Source: Promethearchaeota archaeon
GTDB lineage: Archaea; Asgardarchaeota; Lokiarchaeia; Sigyniarchaeales; SOKP01
NCBI GenBank assembly: GCA_019058295.1
Contig: JAHPZI010000003.1
Span: forward strand, 1-45,998
Reading direction: 5' to 3'
Length of the DNA: 45,998 nt
The notes below the pieces were generated by a model. It did no database searches, was not told the origin of the DNA, and was given only the letters and a program-made list of their open reading frames with translations. Shown piece by piece: positions 37,479-45,998 of the stretch. Position 1 is the first letter of the stretch. Each line of letters starts with the position of its first letter. The translations under genes were made by a program, and so were the position numbers.

Positions 37479-39050
37479 TTATACATCTTGAATGTAGGAC
37501 TTACTTGAAAAAAGAGAAAATTCAGCTTTACTGAGTTCTCTTCCTAAATAATTAATATGTTGGAAATTCTTAGTTAACTTTAATTCGATTATTTTTTTGC
37601 TTAGGGCTTCCGCATTGGTCCCAATTAAAGTGTTAAGTAATTTATGATCATTTGATAAATGCAATACATAAATCTTTTCAGCATAATGATTTACATATAT
37701 TTTAAAATATCCAATTTCATCTGGTATATATTCGGGATCCAATTGATCTACTATGATCGCATCATTTTCATTGATTTTTGGCATTTTTTGGCTTACTTTT
37801 CCTTTTGCTCGAAAGAATTGAATTCCCTGATTGATTGGAGGTGATTTTTTATATTTCGAAATATAATTCAATTTTACGCTCTCTTTTAATTCCTCCACAC
37901 CTCCCATAAGTTTTATGCTATGCTCAACTGTAAACAATACACCTATATCTAATTCTATTGCTATACTTGCTAAAAGTCCATTAATTCCAACAGAGTCAAT
38001 ATCCATTAGTTCTACGACATTTGAAATGCCAAAGAAAAGCGGCAATTCCATATTTTGATATTTTTTGGTACAAACTTTCTTTTTGTATAAGAAATATGTT
38101 TCTAAAGAATTACAAATTCCGGGGGCAATGGGGGTTTCTAATAATGGATCAGCAATTAATTTTTTAAAGCCATTTTTTTGTAATTCTTCCGTTAATTTAA
38201 ACAAATTTTCAATTCTAGATTCTGGATCTTTAGGGAAATACCCTTCCTTTACGTTAGTTGGGAGTATAACAATTGGGATATTTTTAGGAATGTTTAGAAA
38301 TTCCTTATAATTACCTAAATCTAAACTTAGAATTAAATCGATTTTTTCATCAACTGCGGCTAAGATTTCTTCTGTATCCATTGAATCTATACTTATTAAG
38401 ACATCGAAATTTTTTTTGAGATTCTTAATTATTTGTTTTACTTTATCCGGATTTGGTTTATTTGACACGCAGCCAATATCAATAATATCTGCTCCAGATT
38501 TAATGTAATGTTTTGCTTTTTTAATAATGCTTTTATCGCTTTTTTCAGTGCAATTTACGATTTCGGCTATAATTGGTGGAGGAAGATTGCGCCCAATTAT
38601 TATATCTGATTTTTGTTCATTTATATAAAAGCTATGATGCTCTAGATGATTTCTAGCAAGTTCAATTTGTTTTTTAACAATTGTTTCATATTCTTTTTCT
38701 CCAGAACTCTCAAACAATTTATTTGCCGGGATGTTATTCGATAATTTTATTTTATCAAAGTTTCTTAAAATAACGGGAAGATCTGACGCAAATTCCGGGC
38801 CTTTTCTGATATTGATTAAAAATTTTTTTTCTAAGTTAGTTGTATCCCATTGAATAAATCCCGGAAGTAATACTAAATCGTATTCAGAAATCGAAATATT
38901 TTTTAAAGTCTTTTCCGTTAAACCCTCTGAAAGAAAAGCAGAAATGGAGACAGGAGCTTTTTCAACTGTAATCTTATGCTCCTTAATTGGTTTTATTATT
39001 TTCACGATTGTTGAATAACTTTTTAATCCAGTAATGATGAGAATATTAAT
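37479..39050 (-). CDS. Dihydropteroate synthase-like protein (archaeal, methanopterin-associated)
   Basis: GADIIDIG, ISIDS, ADPLL, PLFFGISNVVELMDIDSVGINGLLA, C-terminal HINYLGRELSKAE; N-terminus (M)NILIITG needs ATT at 39050 (ORF track GTG 39005). Confidence 0.85.
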   Translation of the reverse strand: MNILIITGLKSYSTIVKIIKPIKEHKITVEKAPVSISAFLSEGLTEKTLKNISISEYDLVLLPGFIQWDTTNLEKKFLINIRKGPEFASDLPVILRNFDKIKLSNNIPANKLFESSGEKEYETIVKKQIELARNHLEHHSFYINEQKSDIIIGRNLPPPIIAEIVNCTEKSDKSIIKKAKHYIKSGADIIDIGCVSNKPNPDKVKQIIKNLKKNFDVLISIDSMDTEEILAAVDEKIDLILSLDLGNYKEFLNIPKNIPIVILPTNVKEGYFPKDPESRIENLFKLTEELQKNGFKKLIADPLLETPIAPGICNSLETYFLYKKKVCTKKYQNMELPLFFGISNVVELMDIDSVGINGLLASIAIELDIGVLFTVEHSIKLMGGVEELKESVKLNYISKYKKSPPINQGIQFFRAKGKVSQKMPKINENDAIIVDQLDPEYIPDEIGYFKIYVNHYAEKIYVLHLSNDHKLLNTLIGTNAEALSKKIIELKLTKNFQHINYLGRELSKAEFSLFSSKSYIQDV

Positions 39051-40143
39051 CTAAATCACTTATCAATTTTTCTTTATTAAATGGTATAAAAATATCATCT
39101 AGAATTGTACCAGAAGCTTCTTTAATTTTTAAATTATTAATTATTGATTCATACAGATCTTCTTTTCCCAAAATTCCTTTAGCTATAAAAGCAGCACCTT
39201 GAGCTGCACGTTTTGCAATATGACTATATGATTTCATTACTCTTACAGGTGCAACGTCGTTCAATCCACGGATAAATCGATCTTTTAAATAATTTAACTC
39301 AGCACCCCTTCCAGCTAATAATATTTCTACTATTTTTTCTTTACTTGAAAAGGAGGAGGATATTCCAAAGACTGCTTTTTTAACGCTTGAAATATAAGCT
39401 TTAAGAGCATTTTTAATTTGATCGTCTTTTTCGGCTAATAATGTTATTTCTTTTAGACTTAAATCTAAATAACCTGCAATTGAAGCCACTCCACCTTTAT
39501 AGATATTTTTCTTTTCTATATTTTTAATTAGATATGCCAATTCACCATCTAAACTGCCGCATGCTCTGAAGCCCATGATGTTTGAACCTCCAATACCATC
39601 AATGATTTGGCCATTTTCTATTGCGAGAACAGCTGTAAATCCATAACCTATTTCGACCATTATAAAATTAATTTCTTCAGGATTTATCTTAAATCTCTCG
39701 ATTTGATCTCTCATTCCAACAACAGAAGTACATAATTTATCAGCAGTACCCATATCAATTTTATTAATTTTTCGATATCTTGGAACTGTAGGTAAATGTT
39801 TAACTCCTGGAACGATTATACCTGGAATTCCTGACGATTTTATAAGTCTTAAAATTTCTCCAAGCCCTACTAGTTTTTCCTTATCAGTTTGTTCAAACTT
39901 TAATAATGTGAAAAAAATATCTCTTTCCGTTAAATCACTTACATCTTTCAACGGTAGACCAAAACCGCTTGGAGCGACCATTAGGTCAATATTTTCAACA
40001 GATTTTATAATCTTTATTGCTTTTTGGGGGGCCCTCATTAATTCTTTAGTTGGTATAGATGTATCTAAAATAACTCTATTATCCTCCAAGCCAAAAAAAT
40101 CCCAGCTTGCAGAGCCAGGATCAATACCAATTACTCTATACAA
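39046..40143 (-). CDS. DUF1464-type ASKHA-fold (predicted kinase) protein
   Basis: RVIGIDPGS, APSGFGLP, PGVKHLPTVP..RK.NKIDMGTADK, IIDGIGG, LDGELAY, AAQGAA. Confidence 0.8.
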   Translation of the reverse strand: MYRVIGIDPGSASWDFFGLEDNRVILDTSIPTKELMRAPQKAIKIIKSVENIDLMVAPSGFGLPLKDVSDLTERDIFFTLLKFEQTDKEKLVGLGEILRLIKSSGIPGIIVPGVKHLPTVPRYRKINKIDMGTADKLCTSVVGMRDQIERFKINPEEINFIMVEIGYGFTAVLAIENGQIIDGIGGSNIMGFRACGSLDGELAYLIKNIEKKNIYKGGVASIAGYLDLSLKEITLLAEKDDQIKNALKAYISSVKKAVFGISSSFSSKEKIVEILLAGRGAELNYLKDRFIRGLNDVAPVRVMKSYSHIAKRAAQGAAFIAKGILGKEDLYESIINNLKIKEASGTILDDIFIPFNKEKLISDLD

Positions 40144-40371
40144 GGAATGTCAGACTTAAAAAATTAATATTTTTTATTAATATTTTGAATGAATTAACTT
40201 TTTCTCTAATTCAAATTATGGAATTAATCAAGAAAAATAGAATCCATTTCATCCTTTAATTGAATTTCTCTAATATTTATAGATCTTAAGTCCAAAGTAT
40301 TTATATTTTTAAAATCTATAAATTTTAAAATTAAAAAAAAATTTAATATGAATCCAAGATGGTGAAAAAAA

Positions 40372-40902
40372 ATTTTCGTTCAAGTATTTGTATGTAAGAT
40401 TTGTGGTGAAGCTTATATAGGAGAGGAAGAACCATCAAGGTGTCCTTTCTGTGGAGCTTACAAGAAATATTTTGTAAAATCAACGGAATATGATGATTCA
40501 GGAGATTGGGATGTCGAATTGAATGAAACTGACAAAGCTAATGTTGAAAAAGCTTTAGGAGTTGAAATTTCAAACACCTTATTTTACAAATGCGCCTCAA
40601 AGAAGGTAAAAGAAATAGATGGTCAAAAACTCTTTAAGATTCTTAGTAAGGTAGAAAATGAACATGCTTCCGTATGGAAAAAAATACTTAAATTAGATAA
40701 AATCAAAATGGAACCTCCTGAAAGTTGTGTAGAAGATTATACAGCAGATCTTAATGACTCGCATGCACGAGAAGAAAGAGCAATAAAATTTTATGGTGAA
40801 GCTGCTGCTGCCGCTCAAAATCCAAGAGTAAAAGAAATTTTTCAAGCTTTTATAGAAGTGGAGACAGATCATTTAAAGCTCTCAGAAGAAAGATTGAAAT
40901 AA
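40372..40902 (+). CDS. Rubrerythrin-family protein: N-terminal rubredoxin + ferritin-like diiron domain
   Basis: In-frame upstream of ORF-track TTG 40519: VFVCKICGEAYIGEEEPSRCPFCGA; diiron E..., ENEH, ETDH motifs; start ATT 40372 after GGTGA, or a frameshift in the A8 run. Confidence 0.85.
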   Translation: MFVQVFVCKICGEAYIGEEEPSRCPFCGAYKKYFVKSTEYDDSGDWDVELNETDKANVEKALGVEISNTLFYKCASKKVKEIDGQKLFKILSKVENEHASVWKKILKLDKIKMEPPESCVEDYTADLNDSHAREERAIKFYGEAAAAAQNPRVKEIFQAFIEVETDHLKLSEERLK

Positions 40903-41041
40903 TAATTACTTTTTTTTTAAATTTTTTAATTTTTTTTTCTCATAAATATATTCTTATATTCTGTAAAAACAATTTATAAATACCCATATAAATTTATAGA
41001 TATTGAATTTTAGACATAATAATTATTAGATGAGTCTTTAA

Positions 41042-43546
41042 ATGAGTAAAATCAATGGCAAATTAGACAGCCACAGAGAGGAACCAAAATTTCCGATTGC
41101 GGAACCTCATGATCTCTCACCTCGTTCAAAATGGCTAAGAGAATATTATTTTAAGGGAGCAGAAAGAGAATGGAATAACGAATTTATGGTATTTACGACA
41201 GGGACTGATTGGGATATAATTTGGTATGAAGGAGATTATTATAACGCACCTGAAATTCTTTATTATATTCAAATTTTGGGAAAAAAAGACAAAGGAGTTT
41301 TTGCTTCTTCCTTTAGATCGATGGGTATACCAGTTAAATTGCCCGATGATTTTTGGGAATTATCCTTGCCAGAACGTAGAATGACATTTCTTGAGGATGT
41401 TATTCTCAATTATATTCCCCAAGAAATTATTTCAGAAAACGATTTAGTTGCTGGGGGAAGGTTTAACACTCAATTAAGTAAATGCTTTAATAAAAACGAA
41501 TCTAAAGAGTATTGGAAAAAAAATATAAGAAATAGAGATGATGTTTTCAAATATCATAGATCTGGATTTGGAAATCTTGGCGCTATCGCAGGACATATCA
41601 TTCCCGATTACGAAGCTGTTGTCAAGAAAGGATTTAAACATATATATGAGAGTGCAAAAGAAAGTTACTCCAAATTAAGTGAAGAGGAAAAAAACGGTCC
41701 AAAAGGACAAGAACTTAGAGCAATGATAAAAGCTGCTGAAATTCCAAGAAAATTAGCAAAAAAATACGTTGAGGAATGTAGAAGATTAAAAGATGAAGCA
41801 ACGACTCCTGAAAGAGTGGAAGAACTTGAACTAATGGCAGAAAATTTGGAGCGCGTTCCGTGGGAGCCTGCAGAAACCTTCTGGCAAGGAGTTCAAGCGA
41901 TTTGGCTTACACACATGTTAGTAATGACAGAAGAGTCTTATCCCGGACCTGGGCTTTCTTTTGGTAGAACAGATCAACATTTATGGTCTTTATACAAAAA
42001 AGATGTTATAGACGAGAAAAATATTACAAAAGAATTTGCAAAGGATATATTGGGAAGCTTCTGGTTTCATTGTAATACTGTGTACGATGCTATGATAAGA
42101 GTTGGCAAGCAAGGAATTACGTCAGCCTTTGGACAATTAATGACATTATCCGGATGCGGTCCGAATGGAGAGGATTTGACGAATGAATTAACCTATACGA
42201 TTTTAGAGGTTATTGATGAGTGGTCGCCTATTCTAGAACCAAAGCCAAACGTAAGATTACATAGAAATTCACCTGATAAATTATTAGATAAAATAATTGA
42301 GATGATCTCAAGGTCTCAAGGTGCTCCTTTTCTAATAAATTTTGATGAAAGGAGTATTGCCGGTATGGTTAAAGAGGGTATTTCTAAAGAAGAAGCTTGG
42401 GATTATGCTTGTGTTGGATGTTTAGAAAACACTATGCAAGGAAACGATCGTTCAGGAACGGTCAATTGTAATCCTAATCTGACAAAAAGTATAGAATTAA
42501 CCCTATGGAATGGAAAAAATATGCCAGGAAACAATTTAGCAACGAAACCCAGCGAACAAATTGGACCTGAAACAGGAGAACCTGAAAATTTTGAAACATG
42601 GGAAGATTTCTGGAACGCATGGAAACAACAAATTCAATTTGCTATAAAATACACTGTAGATATAAACAATTTATGTGAAGAACTACGTGGAGAGTTTCTC
42701 CCAACTCCGTACTTATCAACTATCGTTCGAGGGTGTATAGAGAAGGGTTTAGATGTACGGAATGGTGGACCAGAACTTAGATTCATAACTATTGAAGGAG
42801 TTGGTTTTGCAACCACCGTTGACTCTTTATTAGCAATTAAAAAGTTAGTTTATGATGATAAAAAATATACAATAACTCAAATTAAAGAAGCATTAATTAA
42901 CGATTTCAAAGATACTGAAGTTATGCAAACTTTCCTAAAGAATAAGGCTCCAAAATATGGAAACGATGATGACGCTGCAGACGAATTGGCTAGAAAGGTT
43001 ATGAAAGTCTGGGCGGATGAAACTTGGAAATATAAAACACTAACCGATTTTCAATATCGTCCCGGAATGTTATCTTGGAATTATTGGGCTGGAGCTGACG
43101 CTGGTTTTACAGCTACGACTCCAGATGGTCGAAAAAAAGGTACATTTCTTTCAAATGCGATTTGTCCTTCAAATGGGGCCGACAAATGGGGGCCCACGGC
43201 TGTCACTAATTCAGTAGGAATTGTTTTAGGTGGTAAGACAGAAACAGGAGAATACATAAATTATTTACCAAACGGTGCTTCGCATACGATAACGTTTAAT
43301 CCTAGCATTCTTGTTGATCCCGAGCATAAAGAAAAGTTTAAATCTTATCTAAGGGGCTATGTTGAGAATGGAGGAACATGTTTGCAAATAAATATGCTAG
43401 ATGCTGAAATGTTAAAAGACGCTCAAAAGCATCCAGAGAATTATAAAAACCTCTTAGTTAGAGTTACCGGATATAATGCTTACTTTACGGCAATTGGAAG
43501 GGAATTACAAGACGAGATAATTGCACGAGAATCTCATAAAATTTAG
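41042..43546 (+). CDS. Glycyl radical enzyme, PFL-like family, substrate unknown
   Basis: SFGRTDQ, Cys loop CVGCLEN, ATTPDGRK.G..LSNAICPS.G.D..GPTA, Gly loop LLVRVTGY. Confidence 0.9.
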   Translation: MSKINGKLDSHREEPKFPIAEPHDLSPRSKWLREYYFKGAEREWNNEFMVFTTGTDWDIIWYEGDYYNAPEILYYIQILGKKDKGVFASSFRSMGIPVKLPDDFWELSLPERRMTFLEDVILNYIPQEIISENDLVAGGRFNTQLSKCFNKNESKEYWKKNIRNRDDVFKYHRSGFGNLGAIAGHIIPDYEAVVKKGFKHIYESAKESYSKLSEEEKNGPKGQELRAMIKAAEIPRKLAKKYVEECRRLKDEATTPERVEELELMAENLERVPWEPAETFWQGVQAIWLTHMLVMTEESYPGPGLSFGRTDQHLWSLYKKDVIDEKNITKEFAKDILGSFWFHCNTVYDAMIRVGKQGITSAFGQLMTLSGCGPNGEDLTNELTYTILEVIDEWSPILEPKPNVRLHRNSPDKLLDKIIEMISRSQGAPFLINFDERSIAGMVKEGISKEEAWDYACVGCLENTMQGNDRSGTVNCNPNLTKSIELTLWNGKNMPGNNLATKPSEQIGPETGEPENFETWEDFWNAWKQQIQFAIKYTVDINNLCEELRGEFLPTPYLSTIVRGCIEKGLDVRNGGPELRFITIEGVGFATTVDSLLAIKKLVYDDKKYTITQIKEALINDFKDTEVMQTFLKNKAPKYGNDDDAADELARKVMKVWADETWKYKTLTDFQYRPGMLSWNYWAGADAGFTATTPDGRKKGTFLSNAICPSNGADKWGPTAVTNSVGIVLGGKTETGEYINYLPNGASHTITFNPSILVDPEHKEKFKSYLRGYVENGGTCLQINMLDAEMLKDAQKHPENYKNLLVRVTGYNAYFTAIGRELQDEIIARESHKI
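43487..43546 (+). repeat. Copy 1 of a diverged 60-nt direct repeat (3' end of the GRE gene)
   Basis: Encodes TAIGRELQDEIIARESHKI*; 51/60 identical to 45905..45964. Confidence 0.9.
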
Positions 43547-43593
43547 TTTTTAATCACTCACTTTTTTTTTCTACTATAGCATATTTATTTTCA

Positions 43594-44097
43594 TTAATCA
43601 ATTTTCATTTTAATTAGCGCTCCAATAATAATTAAATTTGCTCCGATAAAAAGAGTATACACACCAATATAAAACTCAAAAAAATCCCAAAAATTCAATC
43701 TTAATTGTTCACCAAAAATTACAATTGATGCAGAATAATAAAGTTCAACTGCAAATATCCAGCTTATCATTGTGAGAATAGCAATAATTGCCATAAAAAA
43801 TGCAAGTGTTCCTCCACTATTGCCCTTTCTAATAGTGTTTCCTTTTAATATCGCTATTATTGATGCTATGATTATTCCTATAGCACATATACAACCGTAG
43901 AACTCAATTGCGAATTTACTTTCTGAAATGGAATCTTCTGTTCCTTGAGCATAAGTAAATCCCCACATCCAATAGTAAATATCCATATCTAAACCAGAAT
44001 ATTCCCATCTTATATATGTTGTTGGAAGTAAAACTGATATTAAAGTTAAAATGCCTCCAATAATAACAATGATACCTCCTTTTTTTTCAATAGTCAT
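43594..44097 (-). CDS. Four-TM membrane protein
   Basis: Four hydrophobic segments; aromatic loop (YYWMWG) between TM1 and TM2. Confidence 0.7.
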   Translation of the reverse strand: MTIEKKGGIIVIIGGILTLISVLLPTTYIRWEYSGLDMDIYYWMWGFTYAQGTEDSISESKFAIEFYGCICAIGIIIASIIAILKGNTIRKGNSGGTLAFFMAIIAILTMISWIFAVELYYSASIVIFGEQLRLNFWDFFEFYIGVYTLFIGANLIIIGALIKMKID

Positions 44098-44100
44098 CTT

Positions 44101-44952
44101 TTAATCATTTGATTTCTTTTTTTTAAGAATTCTACTAAAAATTTCTCTTTTTTTAACCATTATTATAATAATTATTGAAATAATTGCTATTATTCCTAAA
44201 ATTACCAAATAATCATATTCTATAAAAACACCCCAGTCTAATTCAACCTTTATAATCGTATCTCCATCATATAAGAATTCATATGACCAAAGAACTCCAT
44301 TTTTTGTATATTTAAAATTATATTCTCGCTCTTCAAAATCATCGCTAATATCACAATCAATTTCAATATTTATTCCATTTTCTCTGCTTTCTCTCAAAAC
44401 ATTAATTTTCTCATACTTTAAGCTCTGATAATAATCCTTAATCACAACTTTAATATCAGCCCAATTCATTGAATTTGAAATAAAATAAGGTAATTCTGTT
44501 TTAAGTCCGTCTTCATCATAAGGAAATCCTAACCAAAAAAAACTGGCATAAATATCATCCTCATCATCATCAAAAATGGCAAATTTCTCATCCTTCTTTA
44601 CACGATCCCAATCATTAGCTGCTATATCTTCTGTAATGTAATAATTATAGATAATTTGCACACTCTCCCTACCAAAATTGTTTCTTTCCTGATTATCAAT
44701 ATCGAGAATGAAAATTTTTATTGCTTCATTATCCTCATCAAGTTCGACATTTTTATCGATATACGAATTACTATATCCTTGATCTTCGTAATAATCTTCT
44801 AAAGTATCTTCGTCATATTCCGTATGCCAAATAAATATCTGATTCTCTTCAATGCCAACATACTTTGGTCTCATAGCAAGCGCAAAACTACTAATTAATA
44901 TTATAAATATACCTATTAACGCAAGAATATGGATAATCTGATATTTCTTAAT
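44101..44952 (-). CDS. Exported acidic protein with signal peptide and C-terminal TM anchor
   Basis: In-frame extension upstream of ATG 44874 gives (M)KKYQIIHILALIGIFIILISSFALA from ATT 44952 after AGGTGA; C-terminal TM + basic tail. Confidence 0.7.
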   Translation of the reverse strand: MKKYQIIHILALIGIFIILISSFALAMRPKYVGIEENQIFIWHTEYDEDTLEDYYEDQGYSNSYIDKNVELDEDNEAIKIFILDIDNQERNNFGRESVQIIYNYYITEDIAANDWDRVKKDEKFAIFDDDEDDIYASFFWLGFPYDEDGLKTELPYFISNSMNWADIKVVIKDYYQSLKYEKINVLRESRENGINIEIDCDISDDFEEREYNFKYTKNGVLWSYEFLYDGDTIIKVELDWGVFIEYDYLVILGIIAIISIIIIIMVKKREIFSRILKKKKSND

Positions 44953-44973
44953 AAAAAATTCACCTTAATTTAG

Positions 44974-45804
44974 TTAAAAATCTTCATTCTTGTTTTTGTT
45001 TTTTAATCTTTCTTCTTTTTCCAAAATTTGATCAATATTAAATTTCTTTTTAATGTCTTTTTTTTTTAATATAGAACCAAAAATTAATGTTATACCAATA
45101 ATTCCCAAGGTTGTTATGATAAATGGAAGTAAATCAAAAAACAATTCATTATTAGTAGGGGATTCAAGTTCTCCATCATATCTAGCTCGAAATATTATAT
45201 CTTCACCCTTTATAATTGAATATTCACTTATATACCCATATTTACTATATTGATGATATACATTATAATTTCCCTCAATTATTATGTAACAATACCCATA
45301 TTGTATAACATTAGGTTTCCAGTTTACTTCAGATAGATAATCATCAACGTTATCTAAAATTATACTCATTATAAATTCTGTATTATTATGTATACGATCA
45401 ATAGGACGTGCGGGCCAACCTTGATAATAGGGGTCTTTAGAAGTTTTTATTTTACTTCTACGATCATATTTTTGATAAAAATTGTTATCATCATCCGTCC
45501 AATCCCAAGCTCTATATCTAAAAATATAACGACCGTTTGTCTTCTTTATATCATATATCTTATAATAAGCTCTATCTCCTTTTTCTAAATCATAAACTGT
45601 AGTAATACTAAAATTTTTAATAAGATCATCATCATAATCCGTAATCTCATAAGTAAGAGTTCTTCCCTTCCTTATTCTTCTATAAAAACTCGCCTCCGAT
45701 TCTCGAATATTTAAAGAAAAGAGCATTAAGGCTATTAATAATAAGGTAAAAGTAAATTTTAAATATGTTTTAAGTGATGAATTTGAATTTTTTCTAAATT
45801 TCAG
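44974..45804 (-). CDS. Exported protein with signal peptide and C-terminal TM anchor, probable distant paralog of the neighbour
   Basis: Signal-like KTYLKFTFTLLLIALMLFSL..SEA; TM LLPFIITTLGIIGITLIFGSIL; start uncertain (CTG 45804 or ATT 45807 after GGGAG; ORF-track ATG 45939 lies inside the GRE remnant). Confidence 0.65.
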   Translation of the reverse strand: MKFRKNSNSSLKTYLKFTFTLLLIALMLFSLNIRESEASFYRRIRKGRTLTYEITDYDDDLIKNFSITTVYDLEKGDRAYYKIYDIKKTNGRYIFRYRAWDWTDDDNNFYQKYDRRSKIKTSKDPYYQGWPARPIDRIHNNTEFIMSIILDNVDDYLSEVNWKPNVIQYGYCYIIIEGNYNVYHQYSKYGYISEYSIIKGEDIIFRARYDGELESPTNNELFFDLLPFIITTLGIIGITLIFGSILKKKDIKKKFNIDQILEKEERLKNKNKNEDF

Positions 45805-45904
45805 AATTTTCTCCCTATGAATTTTCGCTTTTTGCGGAATTATTTTTAATAATATATTTTTTAATTTTAAAATATATAAATATTCTTTTTTTGAAAGGAT
45901 TAAT

Positions 45905-45964
45905 ACGGCAATAGGTAGGGAACTAAAAGATGAGATCATTGCCCGAGAATCTCATAATATGTAG
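45905..45964 (+). pseudogene. Orphan 3' end of a glycyl radical enzyme gene (repeat copy 2)
   Basis: Translates TAIGRELKDEIIARESHNM*, followed by a T-rich tract; no upstream GRE coding sequence. Confidence 0.85.
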
Positions 45965-45998
45965 ACTTTATTTTTTATATTTAATTTATATAATCTAA

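Noticed and set aside
1039-45588. Many short antisense or alternate-frame ORFs in the track (e.g. 1187..1534, 2984..3337, 17808..18146, 24615..25043, 36255..36596, 39908..40159)
   Set aside because: They lie within well-supported genes and have no recognisable motifs; treated as shadow ORFs
45805-45939. N-terminal part of ORF 44974..45939
   Set aside because: Runs antisense through the GRE 3' remnant and AT-rich promoter-like DNA; the signal peptide begins further downstream

Overview
AT-rich, gene-dense archaeal chromosomal window, very probably from an Asgard archaeon of the Lokiarchaeia type. The evidence is four Ras-superfamily small GTPase genes, longin-like proteins, an archaeal-type AlaRS, FtsZ, F420 and methanopterin cofactor genes (cofG, cofH, mptA, DHPS-like) and GGTG/GGAGGTG ribosome-binding sites. 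No rRNA, tRNA, CRISPR array or transposase was recognised. Main points: (1) a candidate eukaryote-like signalling locus at 16.1-23.8 kb, where a 1459-aa surface protein directly abuts a longin + tandem winged-helix protein and the pair is flanked by a Rab-like GTPase and a longin-Arf-like GTPase fusion; (2) a single-ORF fusion of a glycyl-radical activating enzyme with a glycyl radical enzyme; (3) a second glycyl radical enzyme whose last 60 nt recur in diverged form 2.4 kb downstream, bracketing three membrane-protein genes like an insertion scar; (4) several genes whose conserved N-termini seem to need AUU/AUA start codons; (5) a GC-rich multi-hairpin element upstream of an unannotated small ORF; (6) tandem degenerate Rab-like GTPases fused to a Cys-rich domain. 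All family calls come from motifs read by eye; no database search was run.
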